Positions 36,041 through 48,644 of a DNA stretch of 64,000 bases are shown piece after piece. The stretch is from contig NC_043004.1 in NCBI RefSeq assembly GCF_006345805.1, positions 91,388,001 to 91,452,000 of the forward strand, given 5' to 3'. The notes under the pieces were generated by a model that saw only the letters and a program-made list of their open reading frames with translations, made no database searches and was not told where the DNA came from. This stretch comes from Octopus sinensis. Taxonomy: Eukaryota. The position numbers were made by a program, and so were the translations under genes. How positions within the stretch are numbered: the first letter of the stretch is position 1; every line of letters starts with the position of its first letter.

Positions 36041-36596
36041 GCCCTGATGCAGTACCAGGCAGTGGCTCTCATGGCTTCTGATCTTAACTGATTGGAAGTG
36101 TTATCATGTACATTGTTTTGTCTTGGTATAAAAGATGGGCTACAGCAAATATTCTGCCCAATACCACAGATTTGCTTGTCAGTTGTTTGACCTTAACCAG
36201 TTGAGCATGTCCCTTAGTGGCTGACGATATGTGCATCTCTGATCACGAGCAGAAGTAGTGGTGGAGCATCATAGCCATGTGTTGAGAGGGATTCTTTGGG
36301 GTTTGAATAATTCACCTCTGGAAACATGGGTGTTTTGTTCAACATCCTTAAACAACCCTTATTCAGGGATTGTTTGAGCGGGATGGGTTACTCGACCAGA
36401 AGAAAATTCTAACTGGGCCCCACCTGCAAGATCATGTGCTGTTTATCTTGATATGAGATCACCATGTCACGCGCATATCGTTGTGATGCATGTGCCTAGT
36501 GTACCCTTATCAGACGGGTAGTCATGATGGGTATACTGGGCTTTGTATATTTTACCCCAGTGTCACTTTGATAGCATGCATTGCTCTCTCACTCAA
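36041..36596. mobile_element. Family D interspersed repeat, ~555 bp, inserted in (AAT)n
   Basis: Non-coding; partial reverse copies at 20982 and 28797; (AAT)n on both sides. Confidence 0.75.
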
Positions 36597-37096
36597 TAAC
36601 GATAATAATAATAATAACAATTGTTTCAAATTTTGGCATAAAACCATAAATTTTGAGACAGTGGAGAATAGTCGATTGTACTGACCTCAATGTTCAACTA
36701 GTACTCTATTTTATCAATTTTAAAAGAATGAAAGGTAAAGTTGACCTTAGTGGGATTTTAGCTTGGCACATGAAGAGCAGGAAGAAATGCTGTTAAGAAT
36801 TTAGTCCATTGCACTAATAATTCTACTATTTTACTTCCTAAATAATTCTTTCTAATCTAGGCACAAGGCCTAAAATTTTGGGGGAGGGGGCCAGTCGATT
36901 AATTGACCTCAATATGCAACTGATATTTAATTTATTGACCCTGAAAGGATGAATGGCAAAGTTGACCTTGGTGGAATTTGAACTCAGAACGTAAAGACAG
37001 ACAAAATACCGGTAAGCATTTTTCCAGCATGCTAACGTTTCTGCCAGCTTGCCACCTTTTTACTTCCTAAATTACAATGTGAGATTAATAATAACA

Positions 37097-37415
37097 AGGT
37101 GCATGGCTCAGTGGTTAGAGCATCAGGCTCCCAATCATGAGGTAGTGAGTTTGATTCTTGGACCAGGCTCTGAGCCATGTTCTTGAACAAGACACTTATT
37201 TCACGTTGCTCCAGTTCACTCAGCTGTAGAAATGAGTTGCGACATCACTGGTACCAAGCTGTATTGGCCCCTTTGCCCTTCCCTTGGATAACATCAGTGG
37301 CATGGAGAGGGGAGGCTGATATACACGGGCAACAGCTGGTCTTCCATACAACGTTGCTTGGACTTGTGCCAGGGAGGCTAACTTTGTAGGTGCAATCCCA
37401 TGGTCATTCATGTCC
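37097..37415 (+). mobile_element. tRNA-derived SINE with CORE-like domain (family E)
   Basis: ggtgcatggctcagtggttagagc...gagtttgattc...gttcttgaacaagacactt...cactcagctgtagaaatgagt. Confidence 0.7.
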
Positions 37416-38140
37416 CTTTAATAATAATGATAATTCTTTCAAATTCTGGCACAAGGGCAGAAACTTTTGTGGGAGGGTTTTAGTTGATTACATTGATCTC
37501 AGTGCTCCACTGGTACTTATTATACCAAGAACATAATGCATCAAAGAAATGCTGCTAAGCATTTTGTCTGATGCTCTGTCAATTCCACAAACTTGTTACC
37601 TTAAAATAATTATAATAATAATGATGATGGTAATTTCCTATTGTGCTAATTTTCGTGCGGTAGTGTAATCTTAAAATTAATTAGCTAATTGGACAATGCT
37701 ATTTTCAATTAATGAGCAATTAATTTATTAATAAGCTAAAGGTGAGTGCATGTACATATGCATATTCAAGCATTCACAAAAGTATATTTGCATATTTTGA
37801 GAAGGCACTGGCATAGCGGAATGATTAAGGAACTTTGGAAACATAAAGTCCCAACTTAGAACATAGACACCCCTTGTGTATCTATGTTCTATAATAGCCT
37901 TAGGTTGACCTAAACAGTACGAGTAAAATTAAATAGAAAGTGAATAGAAGAGCATTGGTGGGATCATATACGAAATCACAAAATCCAGGTGATTTTACCT
38001 GTGTTCAAGTGCTGTGGAATATTCAACCCCCACTCCCCTTCCCCAATCTACTCTCTGTATCCTCAATATATATATATTAAATATACACACATATATATAT
38101 ATATATATATATAGTATATATATAATATATATACAAATAT

Positions 38141-38174
<34 letters not shown>

Positions 38175-38220
38175 CAAATATATATATATATATATACAAC
38201 ACACCACAACACACATACAT

Positions 38221-38251
<31 letters not shown>

Positions 38252-38463
38252 ATCATCATCATCACATCATCATCATCATCATCATCATCGCGCAAATCGT
38301 TTGGTATATATATATATATATATATATATATACAAATATATATATATATATATATAATTTATGTGTGTGTGTGTGAGTATATATTAGTAAGCATTTTGCC
38401 CGCACACTAATAATTCTACCAACTTGCTGCCATAATAATCCTTTCTACAAAAGCACATGCCTA

Positions 38464-38660
38464 CGGGTATATGGCGTAGTGGTTAAGAGCATGGGCTACT
38501 AACCCTAAGATTCCAAGTTCGATTCCAGGCAGTTACTGGAATAATAATAATAATAATAATAATAACAGCAACAACAACTTTGAAAAATATCTTAGTAATG
38601 AGAACCCAGGTTCAAAATTTCCCATGACACCTGTGTTAACAACAAACAAGATGTAAAAGC
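38464..38660 (+). mobile_element. Short tRNA-headed element with internal (AAT)n
   Basis: gggtatatggcgtagtggttaagagc...aagttcgattccagg (A and B boxes), then (aat)n and gaaaaatatcttagtaatgagaacccaggttc. Confidence 0.65.
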
Positions 38661-38947
38661 ACCCACTACACTCTCGGAGTGGTTGGTGTTAGGAAGAGCA
38701 TCCAGCTGTAGAAACTCTGCCAGATCAAGACTGAGGCCTGGTGCAGCCATCTGGTTCGACAGCCCTCAGTCAATCGTCCAACCCATGCTAGCATGGAAAG
38801 CGGATGTTAAATGATGATGATGATGATGAATCATAGTAATAATAACAAATTTTTTTTACTATAGATACAAAGCCTAAAATTTGGGGCATTTTGCCTGGTG
38901 TGCTAATAATACTACCAGCTCACTGCGTATTATTAATGATGATGATT

Positions 38948-38988
<41 letters not shown>

Positions 38989-40330
38989 AATAATAATAAT
39001 AATAATAATAATAAGAAGAAGAAGTAGAAGAAATGCCTTCTAAGTGATACATTATTAGTCTCAAGAGATAATAGTGTATCTCTAAAAGACATGGAGAAAT
39101 TTTCTAAATATAAAAACCTAAATATATAAATGGAGATATACTAAATATGGGACTTGAAAATAGAAACAATCCCTATAACAATAATAAGTGCTTTGTACTT
39201 TGGGAATAAAAAAAAAAAAAAAACTTGCAAGGAAATACATAACTACAACTCATGAACTTTCAAATATGCATAGCACACAGAAAATAGCACAATTAGGCAC
39301 CACACATAAAGTTGGGTACTTTTTAAAACAGTGAATATAAATATCATAAAACTAAAACAAAATATTGCAGATATTCTTGGCACGCAGACTTGCATTTAGT
39401 AGTGCAGTGAAAGCAATGATAAAAATAAGTCAACTGAATAATAATAATAATAATAATATAACAGCAACAACAACTTTGAAAAATATCTTAGTAATGAGAA
39501 CCCAGGTTCAAATTTCCCATGACACCTGTGTTAACAACAAACAAGATGTAAAAGCACCCACTACACTCTCGGAGTGGTGGGTGTTAGGAAGAGCATCCAG
39601 CTTAGAAACTCTGCCAGATCAAGACTGAGGCCTTGGCAGCCATCTGGTTCGACAGCCCTCAGTCAATCGTCCAACCCATGCTAGCATGGAAAGCGGATGT
39701 TAAATGATGATGTGATGATGATGAATCATAGTAATAATAACAAATTTTTTTTACTATAGATACAAAGCCAAATTTGGGGCATTTTGCCTGGGTGCTAATA
39801 ATACTACCAGCTCACTGCGTATTATTAATGATGATGATTATGATGATGATGATGTGATGATGATGATGATGATGATGATAATAATAATAATAATAATAAT
39901 AATAAGAAGAAGAAGTAGAAGAAATGCTTCTAAGTGATACATTATTAGTCTCAAAGATAATAGGTATCTCTAAAAGACATGGAGAAATTTTCTAAATATA
40001 AAAACCTAAATATATAAATGGAGATATACTAAATATGGGACTTGAAAATAGAACAAACAATCCCTATAACAATAATAAGGCTTTGTACTTTGGGAATAAA
40101 AAAAAAAAAAAAAACTTGCAAGGAAATACATAACTACAACTCATGAACTTTCAAATATGCATAGCACACAGAAAATAGCACAATTAGGCACCACACATAA
40201 AGTTGGGTACTTTTTAAAACAGTGAATATAAATATCATAAAACTAAAACAAAATATTGCAGATATTCTTGGCACGCAGACTTGCATTTAGTAGTGCAGTG
40301 AAAGCACATGATAAAAATAAGTCAACTGAA
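38540..40330. repeat. ~897-bp direct tandem duplication
   Basis: acagcaacaacaactttg at 38565 and 39461; aaaaataagtcaactga at ~39421 and ~40313; the second copy carries many single-base indels. Confidence 0.9.
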
Positions 40331-40344
40331 TAATAATAATAATG

Positions 40345-40381
<37 letters not shown>

Positions 40382-40399
40382 TAATAATAATAATAATAA

Positions 40400-40985
40400 T
40401 TCTTTCTACTATAGGCACAAGGCCTAGATTTTGCAGGGAGGGAGACAGTCGATCACATTGACCCCAGTACTCAACTGGTACTTAATTTATCGACGACCCC
40501 CAAAAGGATTAAAGGCAAAGTCAAACTTGGCAGGATTTGAACTCAGAACGTAGCAGCAGACGAAATACCTATTTCTTTACTACCCGCAAGAGGCTAAACA
40601 CAGAGAGGACAAACAAGGACAGGCAAATGGATTAAGTCGATTATATCGACCCCAGTGCGTAACTAGTACTTATTTATTTGACCCCGAAAGGATGAAAGGC
40701 AAAGTCGACCTCGGCGGAATTTGAACTCAGAACGTAGTGGCAGACGAAATACCTATTTCTTTACTACCCGCAAGAGGCTAAACACAGAGAGGACAAACAA
40801 GGACAGGCAAACGGATTAAGTCGATTATATCAACCCCAGTGCGTAACTAGTACTTATTTAATCGACCCCGAAAGGATGAAAGGCAAAGTCGACCTCGGCG
40901 GAATTTGAACTCAGAACGTAGTGGCAGTCGAAATATGGCTAAGCATTTTACCTGGCGTGCTAACAATTCTGCCAGCTCACCACCT
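40400..40985 (-). mobile_element. Family A partial tandem: one head, core plus A1 tail twice, then core plus A2 tail
   Basis: Junction GAAATACCTATTTC at 40562-40575 and 40746-40759. Confidence 0.85.
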
Positions 40986-41380
40986 TAACAACACCGATGA
41001 CGCCGCCGCCGACGACGACACCAACGACACCAACGACGACAATGGCTTCAAATTTTGGGCACATGGTCAGCAATTATTATAAAAATAATAATCCTTTTTA
41101 TTATAGGCACAAAGTTTGAAATCTTGGGCAGAAAGCTGGTTGATTACTACTACTCAGAGCTTTTATTGACCCTGAAAGGATGGAAGGCAAAGTTGCTCTT
41201 AGCAAATTTGAACTCAGAATATAAAAGAAAGATGAAATGTCACTAAGCATCTTGACCAGTATGCTAACAATTCTGTCAATAATAATTGTTTTATTTTGAC
41301 AAAATCAAAAGCATTTTTAAAACTCATCTCTGCAGCAAAAATACAATTTGTTTTGAATACATTTTAAGTGCCAACCATAA

Positions 41381-41549
41381 CAGGAGTGGCTGTGTGGTAA
41401 GTAGCTTGCTTACCAACCACATCGTTCCAGGTTCAGTCCCACTGCGTGGCATCTTGGGCAAGTGTCTTCTATTATAGCCCCGGGCCGACCAATGCCTTGT
41501 GAGTGGATTTGGTAGATGGAAACTGAAAGAAGCCTGTCGTATATATGTG

Positions 41550-41608
<59 letters not shown>

Positions 41609-41835
41609 GTGTGTATATGTTTGTGTGTCTGTGTTTGTCCCCCTAGCATTGCTTGACAACCGATGCTGGTGTGTTTACATCCCCGTCACTTAGCGGTTCG
41701 GCAAAAGAGACCGATAGAATAAGTACTGGGCTTACAAAGAATAAGTCCCAGGGTCGATTTGCTCGACTAAAGGCGGTGCTCCAGCATGGCCGCAGTCAAA
41801 TGACTGAAACAAGTTAAAAAGAGAAAGAGAAAGAG
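41381..41835 (+). mobile_element. SINE family B, full length
   Basis: As 14172-14590. Confidence 0.9.
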
Positions 41836-41950
41836 ATATGGCTGTGGTATTTAACTGAACTATTAGTAATATGAGAGAAATCTACGAAAGGAAAAATACA
41901 AACAAACCTATTGAAGGTGGTAAGGTACTATTGAGTGACAAGGAGTTTGT

Positions 41951-42178
41951 TTAAACCTTTAGCATTTAGATTATTCTGTCAAAAATAATGCTTATTTATT
42001 CACATGGTTTTGGTTTAATCATGCATTATCTCATTGCTTCAAGATTTCAATGATGTCATTGTATATTTTTAGAATAATATTGTTGGGTAGATGTAAGAGG
42101 CCAGATCTAGCTGGTTTGAACACAAAACATGTAGAGTATTTGGGCCAAATATCACCAGTTTAAATGCTAAAGGGTTAA
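41951..42178. mobile_element. TTAA-flanked piggyBac-like MITE
   Basis: TTAA-acctttagcattta ... taaatgctaaaggg-TTAA. Confidence 0.8.
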
Positions 42179-42572
42179 GAAGGCAGTTTTTAGTGCTGTC
42201 CACTTTCCAGCTTACAAACAGACTTTCTATGTACCTTTATTGATTATGATTCCAAAAACAATATCAAATCAATTATCATTTCAGTAACAGAATTTTCACA
42301 TGAGGCTGGATTAGGTTTCAAATAATTTAAGACTAAACTTAAAGCAATGAAAGTGCATGGCATTGTGTTTAGAGTGTTGCACCCACAATCACAAGATCGT
42401 TGTTTGAATTCATGGACCAGGCAGTTCATCTTGTTCTTCAGTAAAACACTAGAGCTTGGCACAATCTTCTGGTAGACAAGCTAGAGGGAGGATTTAAAAA
42501 AATGATGATCTATCTATCTATCTATCTATATCAATATATATATATATAATTTGAAACTGACTTATTGGAAGT

Positions 42573-42615
42573 CCACCTGAAGATTGTCGATCAAGACAAG
42601 AAACAATTGTAGTGG
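42573..42615 (+). ncRNA. Canonical minimal type I hammerhead ribozyme
   Basis: CCAC-CTGAAGA(42577-83)-TTGTC-gatcaa-GACAA-GAAA-C-AATT-GTA(42609-11)-GTGG. Confidence 0.85.
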
Positions 42616-42716
42616 CGGTTTTTTTGACTATTTATTAAAATTTTGACTATTTATTAAAATGTATTGATTAAGTCTTTCCTTGTTTGTTTTGCAAAATAGT
42701 GGTTTTGTCTCTAATA

Positions 42717-42765
<49 letters not shown>

Positions 42766-43518
42766 ATACATATATACACACATTTATACATATATATATA
42801 TATACATACATACACACATTTGTATGGGTTTGCAATATCAAAAGAGGGAGAGAGTACTTAAAACTTGTGAAGTATTGTAGGGTATATTCATTTATCTACT
42901 CAACACTGCTTCCCTGAATTTCTAAGTTTCTCATTTGGCTCTCTACCAGGTCTTATTTTTTTTATAAGCAGTGACCGAGATAAGAATAATCATTATATAT
43001 TAGCCATTATTGGTTTGATGGCTTCATTGATCTTAAGGTTGTTTAAGTACAAACAGCCCCAAGCCCACATCTACACCTTTAACAAGCCCTTCAAATCCTC
43101 CACTACTTCCCTTCGCTCCTGCCTTTGGTTGTACGCCTTTCATTGTTTTGTTGCAATATTGACAATGTCTGTTTTCTCTGTCAGCCCCCAAACTAATTAC
43201 TTACTATATGCAGTGTCTCTCAACCGCAGTTCCAGTCACATCCCACTTTTGCAGAAGGCATAGCAACCCCATAGCTTCAGGTTCAAGCCCAGTAGATGGC
43301 ACTCTGTGTAAATGTTTTCTAGCATTATAAGACATATCCAATGCCTTGTTAGTTGAATACAGTAAATGGAAACTGTGCAGAAGCCCGCAGTAGGTTTTTA
43401 AGAATGTGTGATGTAGACATTGATACAATTTGTCAAACAATAAGACAGGATAGATCAAATAAATCAATGGAGTGCCATTGATCTACTTAATCGGCATTGA
43501 CCTGTGGTTAGAAAACTA

Positions 43519-43563
<45 letters not shown>

Positions 43564-44125
43564 AACTAGCCAGCACCTCTATTTAATCTCTAGTGTAAGT
43601 GTACTTATTGCATTTCTGTGGTTTGTTGTAACAAACATACAATACTTTCTCTCATTCTCTCTCTCTCTCACACACACACACATACAAACTTTGTGTGTTT
43701 GTGTGTGCATATATGTACATACATATTTATATATATATCTATATATATATATATTTACTAATATCACTCTGTCAGCTATAAATCTATTGAAGGTCGAACA
43801 AGAAGCTGGTCTGACATTATTGCCACTTAGATCTCTCTCATCTCTCCCTTCTTTCTCTCTCTCTCTCTCTCATATCTCCCTCCACTTTCTCTCTCATCTC
43901 TTCCTCCTCTTTCTCTCTCCTTCCTCTCCCCTCTCTCTCTCATACACACACACACCCTGGCATCCATACATAAATACATACACACATACATACAAAATCA
44001 CCCTGCCACTTTTAAATCCTTTTGAAGGTCAAACAGAAGCTGGTCTTACAATGATGGCACTTAAATCTCTCTCATTTTTCTCAATATCTATCTAGCTCTC
44101 TCTCTCACTATCTATCTCTCTTTCA

Positions 44126-44192
<67 letters not shown>

Positions 44193-44217
44193 CCACTCTC
44201 TCTCTTTATCTGTCTAC

Positions 44218-44277
<60 letters not shown>

Positions 44278-45054
44278 ATGTCTATCAACCAATTTACCTT
44301 CCTCCTCTTTTCATACTTAAACAGCTTACAGAGTGCAAACAGACTGTTTAAATAACCAACATACATATACACACACATATATATGCATAAGGACAGTTTA
44401 AATAACAAATATGGCTTAAACATACATACATACATATATCTATGTATGTACATATATAGAGAGATACATATATGCAAATGCAAGCATATGTGTGTGTGTG
44501 TGTATGTGCACATAAACATACAGAAGCATACACTAGTACACATAGTACAAGCACATACACATACAAACACACACATACATACACACACATAAATGGAGCA
44601 GTAAACCAACACCAGTAAGTTATATATAAATATATTGACAAGCAAGATGTGGGATAACAGTGGCTGTGAAGGGGGGGAAAAAGAGAGGGGTGTGTGTGTG
44701 TGAATAAGAGTAATTGTAGAAGGAATCAGATTAGGTATCACAGCGATATTTGATTATCTTTGTTTTTTTGAAAATTCTATAATATTGAACACATCGTTGA
44801 TTATCTAAAAATGAATTATTAATTTTGGGAGCAGATATTAAAGCAAGATACAAAACGAGAAGACAAGGCTATGGTATCCCCGCATTATTGCAGAGACTTA
44901 AAGTTAATGTAACTGGCATTAAATATTTGCAGCACAGAAGCAACACTGTCAAAGCGAAAATAATAATTTATGATAATTTTGTAAATTAATCACTGCTGTT
45001 ATCTGTGTTATGATGTAATTAAACTAAGTGGAATTATGAAGGTTAACATTAAGG

Positions 45055-45466
45055 CGGCGAGCTGGCAGAACCTTTAGCACGCCGGGCGAAATGCGTAGCC
45101 GTATTTCGTCTGCCGTTACGTTCTGAGTTCAAATTCCGCCGAGGTCGACTTTGCCTTTCATCCTTTCGGGGTCGATAAATTAAGTACTAGTTACGCACTG
45201 GGGTCGATGTAATCGACTTAATCCATTTTTCTGTCCTTGTTTGTCCCTTCTATGTTTAGCCCCTTGTGGGTAATAAAGAAATAGGTATTTCGTCTGTCTC
45301 TACGTTCAGAGTTCAAATTCCACGGCGGTCAACTTTACCTTTCATCCTTTCGGGGTCGATTAAATAAGTACCAGTTACGCACTGGAGTCGATGTAATTGA
45401 CTTAATCCATTTTTCTGTCCTTGTTTGTCCCTTCTATGTTTAGCCCCTTGTGGGTAATAAAGAAAC
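45055..45466 (+). mobile_element. Family A1 partial tandem (head-core-tail-core-tail)
   Basis: Junction GAAATAGGTATTTC at 45278-45291. Confidence 0.88.
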
Positions 45467-45744
45467 ATATATTTAAAAAAAAAAAAAAAAAATGAAAGAA
45501 ACAGGTATTATGGAGGAGTACCAGATCAGTTGACTAGAATAGATAGTGAGATGCACCGTGAGAGACTAAGTGTAAAGGATCTTCAAAAGTTGTCAATAGA
45601 GGCTGAAGTTGTCTTAGCATCACTCAGTAAGACCGTTATCAACTGCTCACTGGCTATTCACTAAAACCTCTGTATGGCTATAGTATGTTCACACTTAAAG
45701 TTTGTATCTCCAGTCTGAAACCCTTATCTTGTCCAGAATATTGA

Positions 45745-45965
45745 TGCTCATCATCATCATTATTATTCGACCGTGGTCGGGACAATGGAATTTACCATGC
45801 TACGCCAGACTTCATGGTCCATCATGGCATCACGGAGGTCCTGTTGCTGGATGCCTGTATCCCTGGAGATTACATCAGGGTAGGAGAGTGTGCGCCCTCT
45901 GGTATTGCGAGTAGATGGCTTCCAGAGGAGAAGAGTAGAAATTACTTCTTTTTCTATTGATGCTA
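45745..45965 (-). mobile_element. RTE LINE 3' fragment
   Basis: EVISTLLLWKPSTRNTRGRTLSYPDVISRDTGIQQQDLRDAMMDHEVWRSMV. Confidence 0.85.
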
Positions 45966-46239
45966 CTGTAAGCTGTCCAAAGATATGCAACCAACCTTTG
46001 TCAATCAATTACAATATCTTGACTGTATGGCTTCTCTGGACATCAACACAATAAAATTCCAATGTCTAGTACAGTGGTTTACAATCTAATTTTTGCCTAT
46101 GCCCCACTTAAGTTACTATTTTATAATAGTTGAGTGGAAGCTTATAGCCATTCAGTGTTTTAAAAACTCCTATTATATTTTTATAATTTAATATCATTAG
46201 GAATTGTATTAAAAACATCAGTAAAATGTTTTGTAGGAG

Positions 46240-46470
46240 CCTACAAAGTCAGAAAACAACACAGCTCCCATGACTTTCGGAAACATTTTTTCACGCTCAG
46301 AGTTGCTGAAGCATGGAATAAACTGCCTGCGTCAGTTGTTGACTGCCATGACACTGCATCCTTTAAGGCCCTCATGCTTTCCGAAATCCGCCGAAACTAC
46401 ACCTGATTATATATACACTTTAGATGAGTTGTAGTGCACCTGAACACTGTACACAATTATTATTATTGTT
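46240..46470 (+). mobile_element. CR1/L2-like LINE 3' end
   Basis: YKVRKQHSSHDFRKHFFTLRVAEAWNKLPASVV; (ATT)n tail. Confidence 0.85.
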
Positions 46471-46977
46471 GTTATAAGTAGTTTATTTCACAGAAATTTT
46501 AACAATAAAATCTTATCTGAACTCCCAAAGACCATATGAAGCCCAATTAAAAACCAATCATCTAGTAGCTGACTTGGTATTATCCACCATCTTTCTAACA
46601 ACGACTTTGGCCACTTTTTGAAGTCAATATGTCTAAATAGTCTTGCATATTCTTATAAAATCAATAAATAGCACAACACCTATAACTTTCAGAAGTTTTT
46701 TTACATTCAGAATTGTTGTAGCATCAGTTGTTAGGTGTCAGGATATTGCATCTTCCAAAAATTCCAAGTTTCCTGAAATTCACCAAGACTATTCCTGATG
46801 TTCCTATGCACCCTTACCTCTGTCCACTCTATAGTCTTATCCTGCGTACAATGCATGTACTTTTAGCTAGCATTGCTGTTTTCATTACTTCACTTACTGT
46901 AGTTTTCTGTCCCCTTTTTTACCCATTCCCAACAAGTTGTAGTGTACCTGAACACTACATACAATTAACTTCTAAAT

Positions 46978-47107
46978 GTTATTATTATTATTATTATTAT
47001 TATTGCTATTATCATTATTATTATTATTATCATTATTATTATTGTTATTATTATTATTATTATTATTATTGCTATTATCATTATTATTATTATTATCATT
47101 ATTATTA

Positions 47108-47151
<44 letters not shown>

Positions 47152-47152
47152 T
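46978..47152. repeat. (ATT)n microsatellite
   Basis: Direct inspection. Confidence 0.95.
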
Positions 47153-47289
47153 AGGTAGTGAGATGACAGAATCGTTAGCATGCCAGGCAATGTAATTGAC
47201 TATCCCCTTCTCCCAAATTTCAGGCCTTGTGTCTATAATAGAAAGGATTATCATTATTATCATTATTATTATTATTATTATCATCATCA

Positions 47290-48110
47290 TCATTATTTTC
47301 TCTTTATCACAGGTTTTGTTGGAGCTCCTGGAGTCTTGCATGCATAGTGGGCTTACTACCTGCAACCTACGGTACCATGCTATTCGTTCTTTTCAGCTAT
47401 CTAATACTTTCCTGACTATATTGGCACTATCTTCACCTTCTTCATTTTCCATAGCTGGGTTATTTCGTATTTAAGAGGGTTGTATCTATTTGTCTTTTTT
47501 GCCTTCCTTCTTGACTATTTGTGAGTCAAAGGGGCATGCAACATCAACTGCGTAGCATATGTGGTGCACCTTGTCCACCACCACTAGGTCCAGTCTATTA
47601 TGCTCTAGCACCTGAATTGTTTGGATTGGGAAATCCCAGAGGATTTTGTTAGTCTCTGACTCTGCCACTCTCTGTGGTTTGTGCTCATACCATGTTTTGC
47701 CTCTCTCTAGCCCCCACTTTTTGCACAGTTTCAAATGTAGCACTTTCATTACCTGGGCATGTTGCCACAACCTGTAGTGGTTTTGGGCAAGTCTAGGGCA
47801 TTTGTTCATGATATAGGCAATGGTTTTATCCACTCTATTGCAGATGCAGCACATTGGAGACACTTGCTCATTCCTCAGGTTGCTCCAGTTCATGGCCAGA
47901 GATTGGTCCTGCACTGCCAGTATAGTACTCTCAGTTTCTTTTTTAAGGTCCCTTTCATCACCCAATAGCACCTATTTTTTTCCAGCAACTTCTGTTGTGG
48001 CTACATGGAGTTGATTGTGTAGTCCCTTCTTGCATAATTCTTCTTCATGTCCCTTTTGTACTTCTTCCTTTGTTTCTGTTTTTTACTCTGCTCTCAATAC
48101 TCCGTTGTTC
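47290..48110 (-). mobile_element. R4/Dong-clade non-LTR retrotransposon 3' end (CCHC knuckle plus restriction-like endonuclease) within (TAA)n
   Basis: KGLHNQ...LKKETESTILAVQDQ...CCIC...TIAYIMNKCPRLAQNHYR...WYEHKPQRVAES...ILWDFPIQT...HNRLDLVVVDK...VDVACPFD...KKE...YNPLKYEITQLWKM; (ATT)n-type repeats on both flanks. Confidence 0.85.
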
Positions 48111-48111
48111 C

Positions 48112-48145
<34 letters not shown>

Positions 48146-48360
48146 AATGGCAAATTGACAGAGTTATTAGTATATTGGACAAAATGTTTAATGGCATTTC
48201 TTCAATTCTTTATGTTCTGAGTTCAAATTCTGTGAGGCTGACTTTGCCTTTCAGCCATACAGAATTGATGAAATAAAGAACCAGTCAAGTACTGGGGTTG
48301 AAGAAATTAACTCCCTCCACTCACTTCAAAACTGTGAGCCTTTTGCCAAAATTAGAAAGA

Positions 48361-48393
<33 letters not shown>

Positions 48394-48644
48394 GTTAGAG
48401 CGTAGTAAGTGTGGTGATAAGGAGTGTCAGAAAGAGTACAAGAGTTTGTGCAATACACAGTAGTGGTAGGGTTAGCACCTTATCACCAAAGCGGTTATGG
48501 GTACAGAATTATAAGTTGTTTTTTTTTTGTCTGGTTTATGTTAAAAGTTTGTGAACAACAGCACTGTTGATTGCATGTTCCCAGTGAGACAATCACTGGC
48601 TTACGGCATTTTTGATGGCAACAGTGACAGAGACTTAATGTGTC

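Noticed and set aside
38464-38540. tRNA-like sequences here and at 14172, 37097 and 56065 as tRNA genes
   Set aside because: They have A/B boxes but no complete cloverleaf and continue into SINE bodies.
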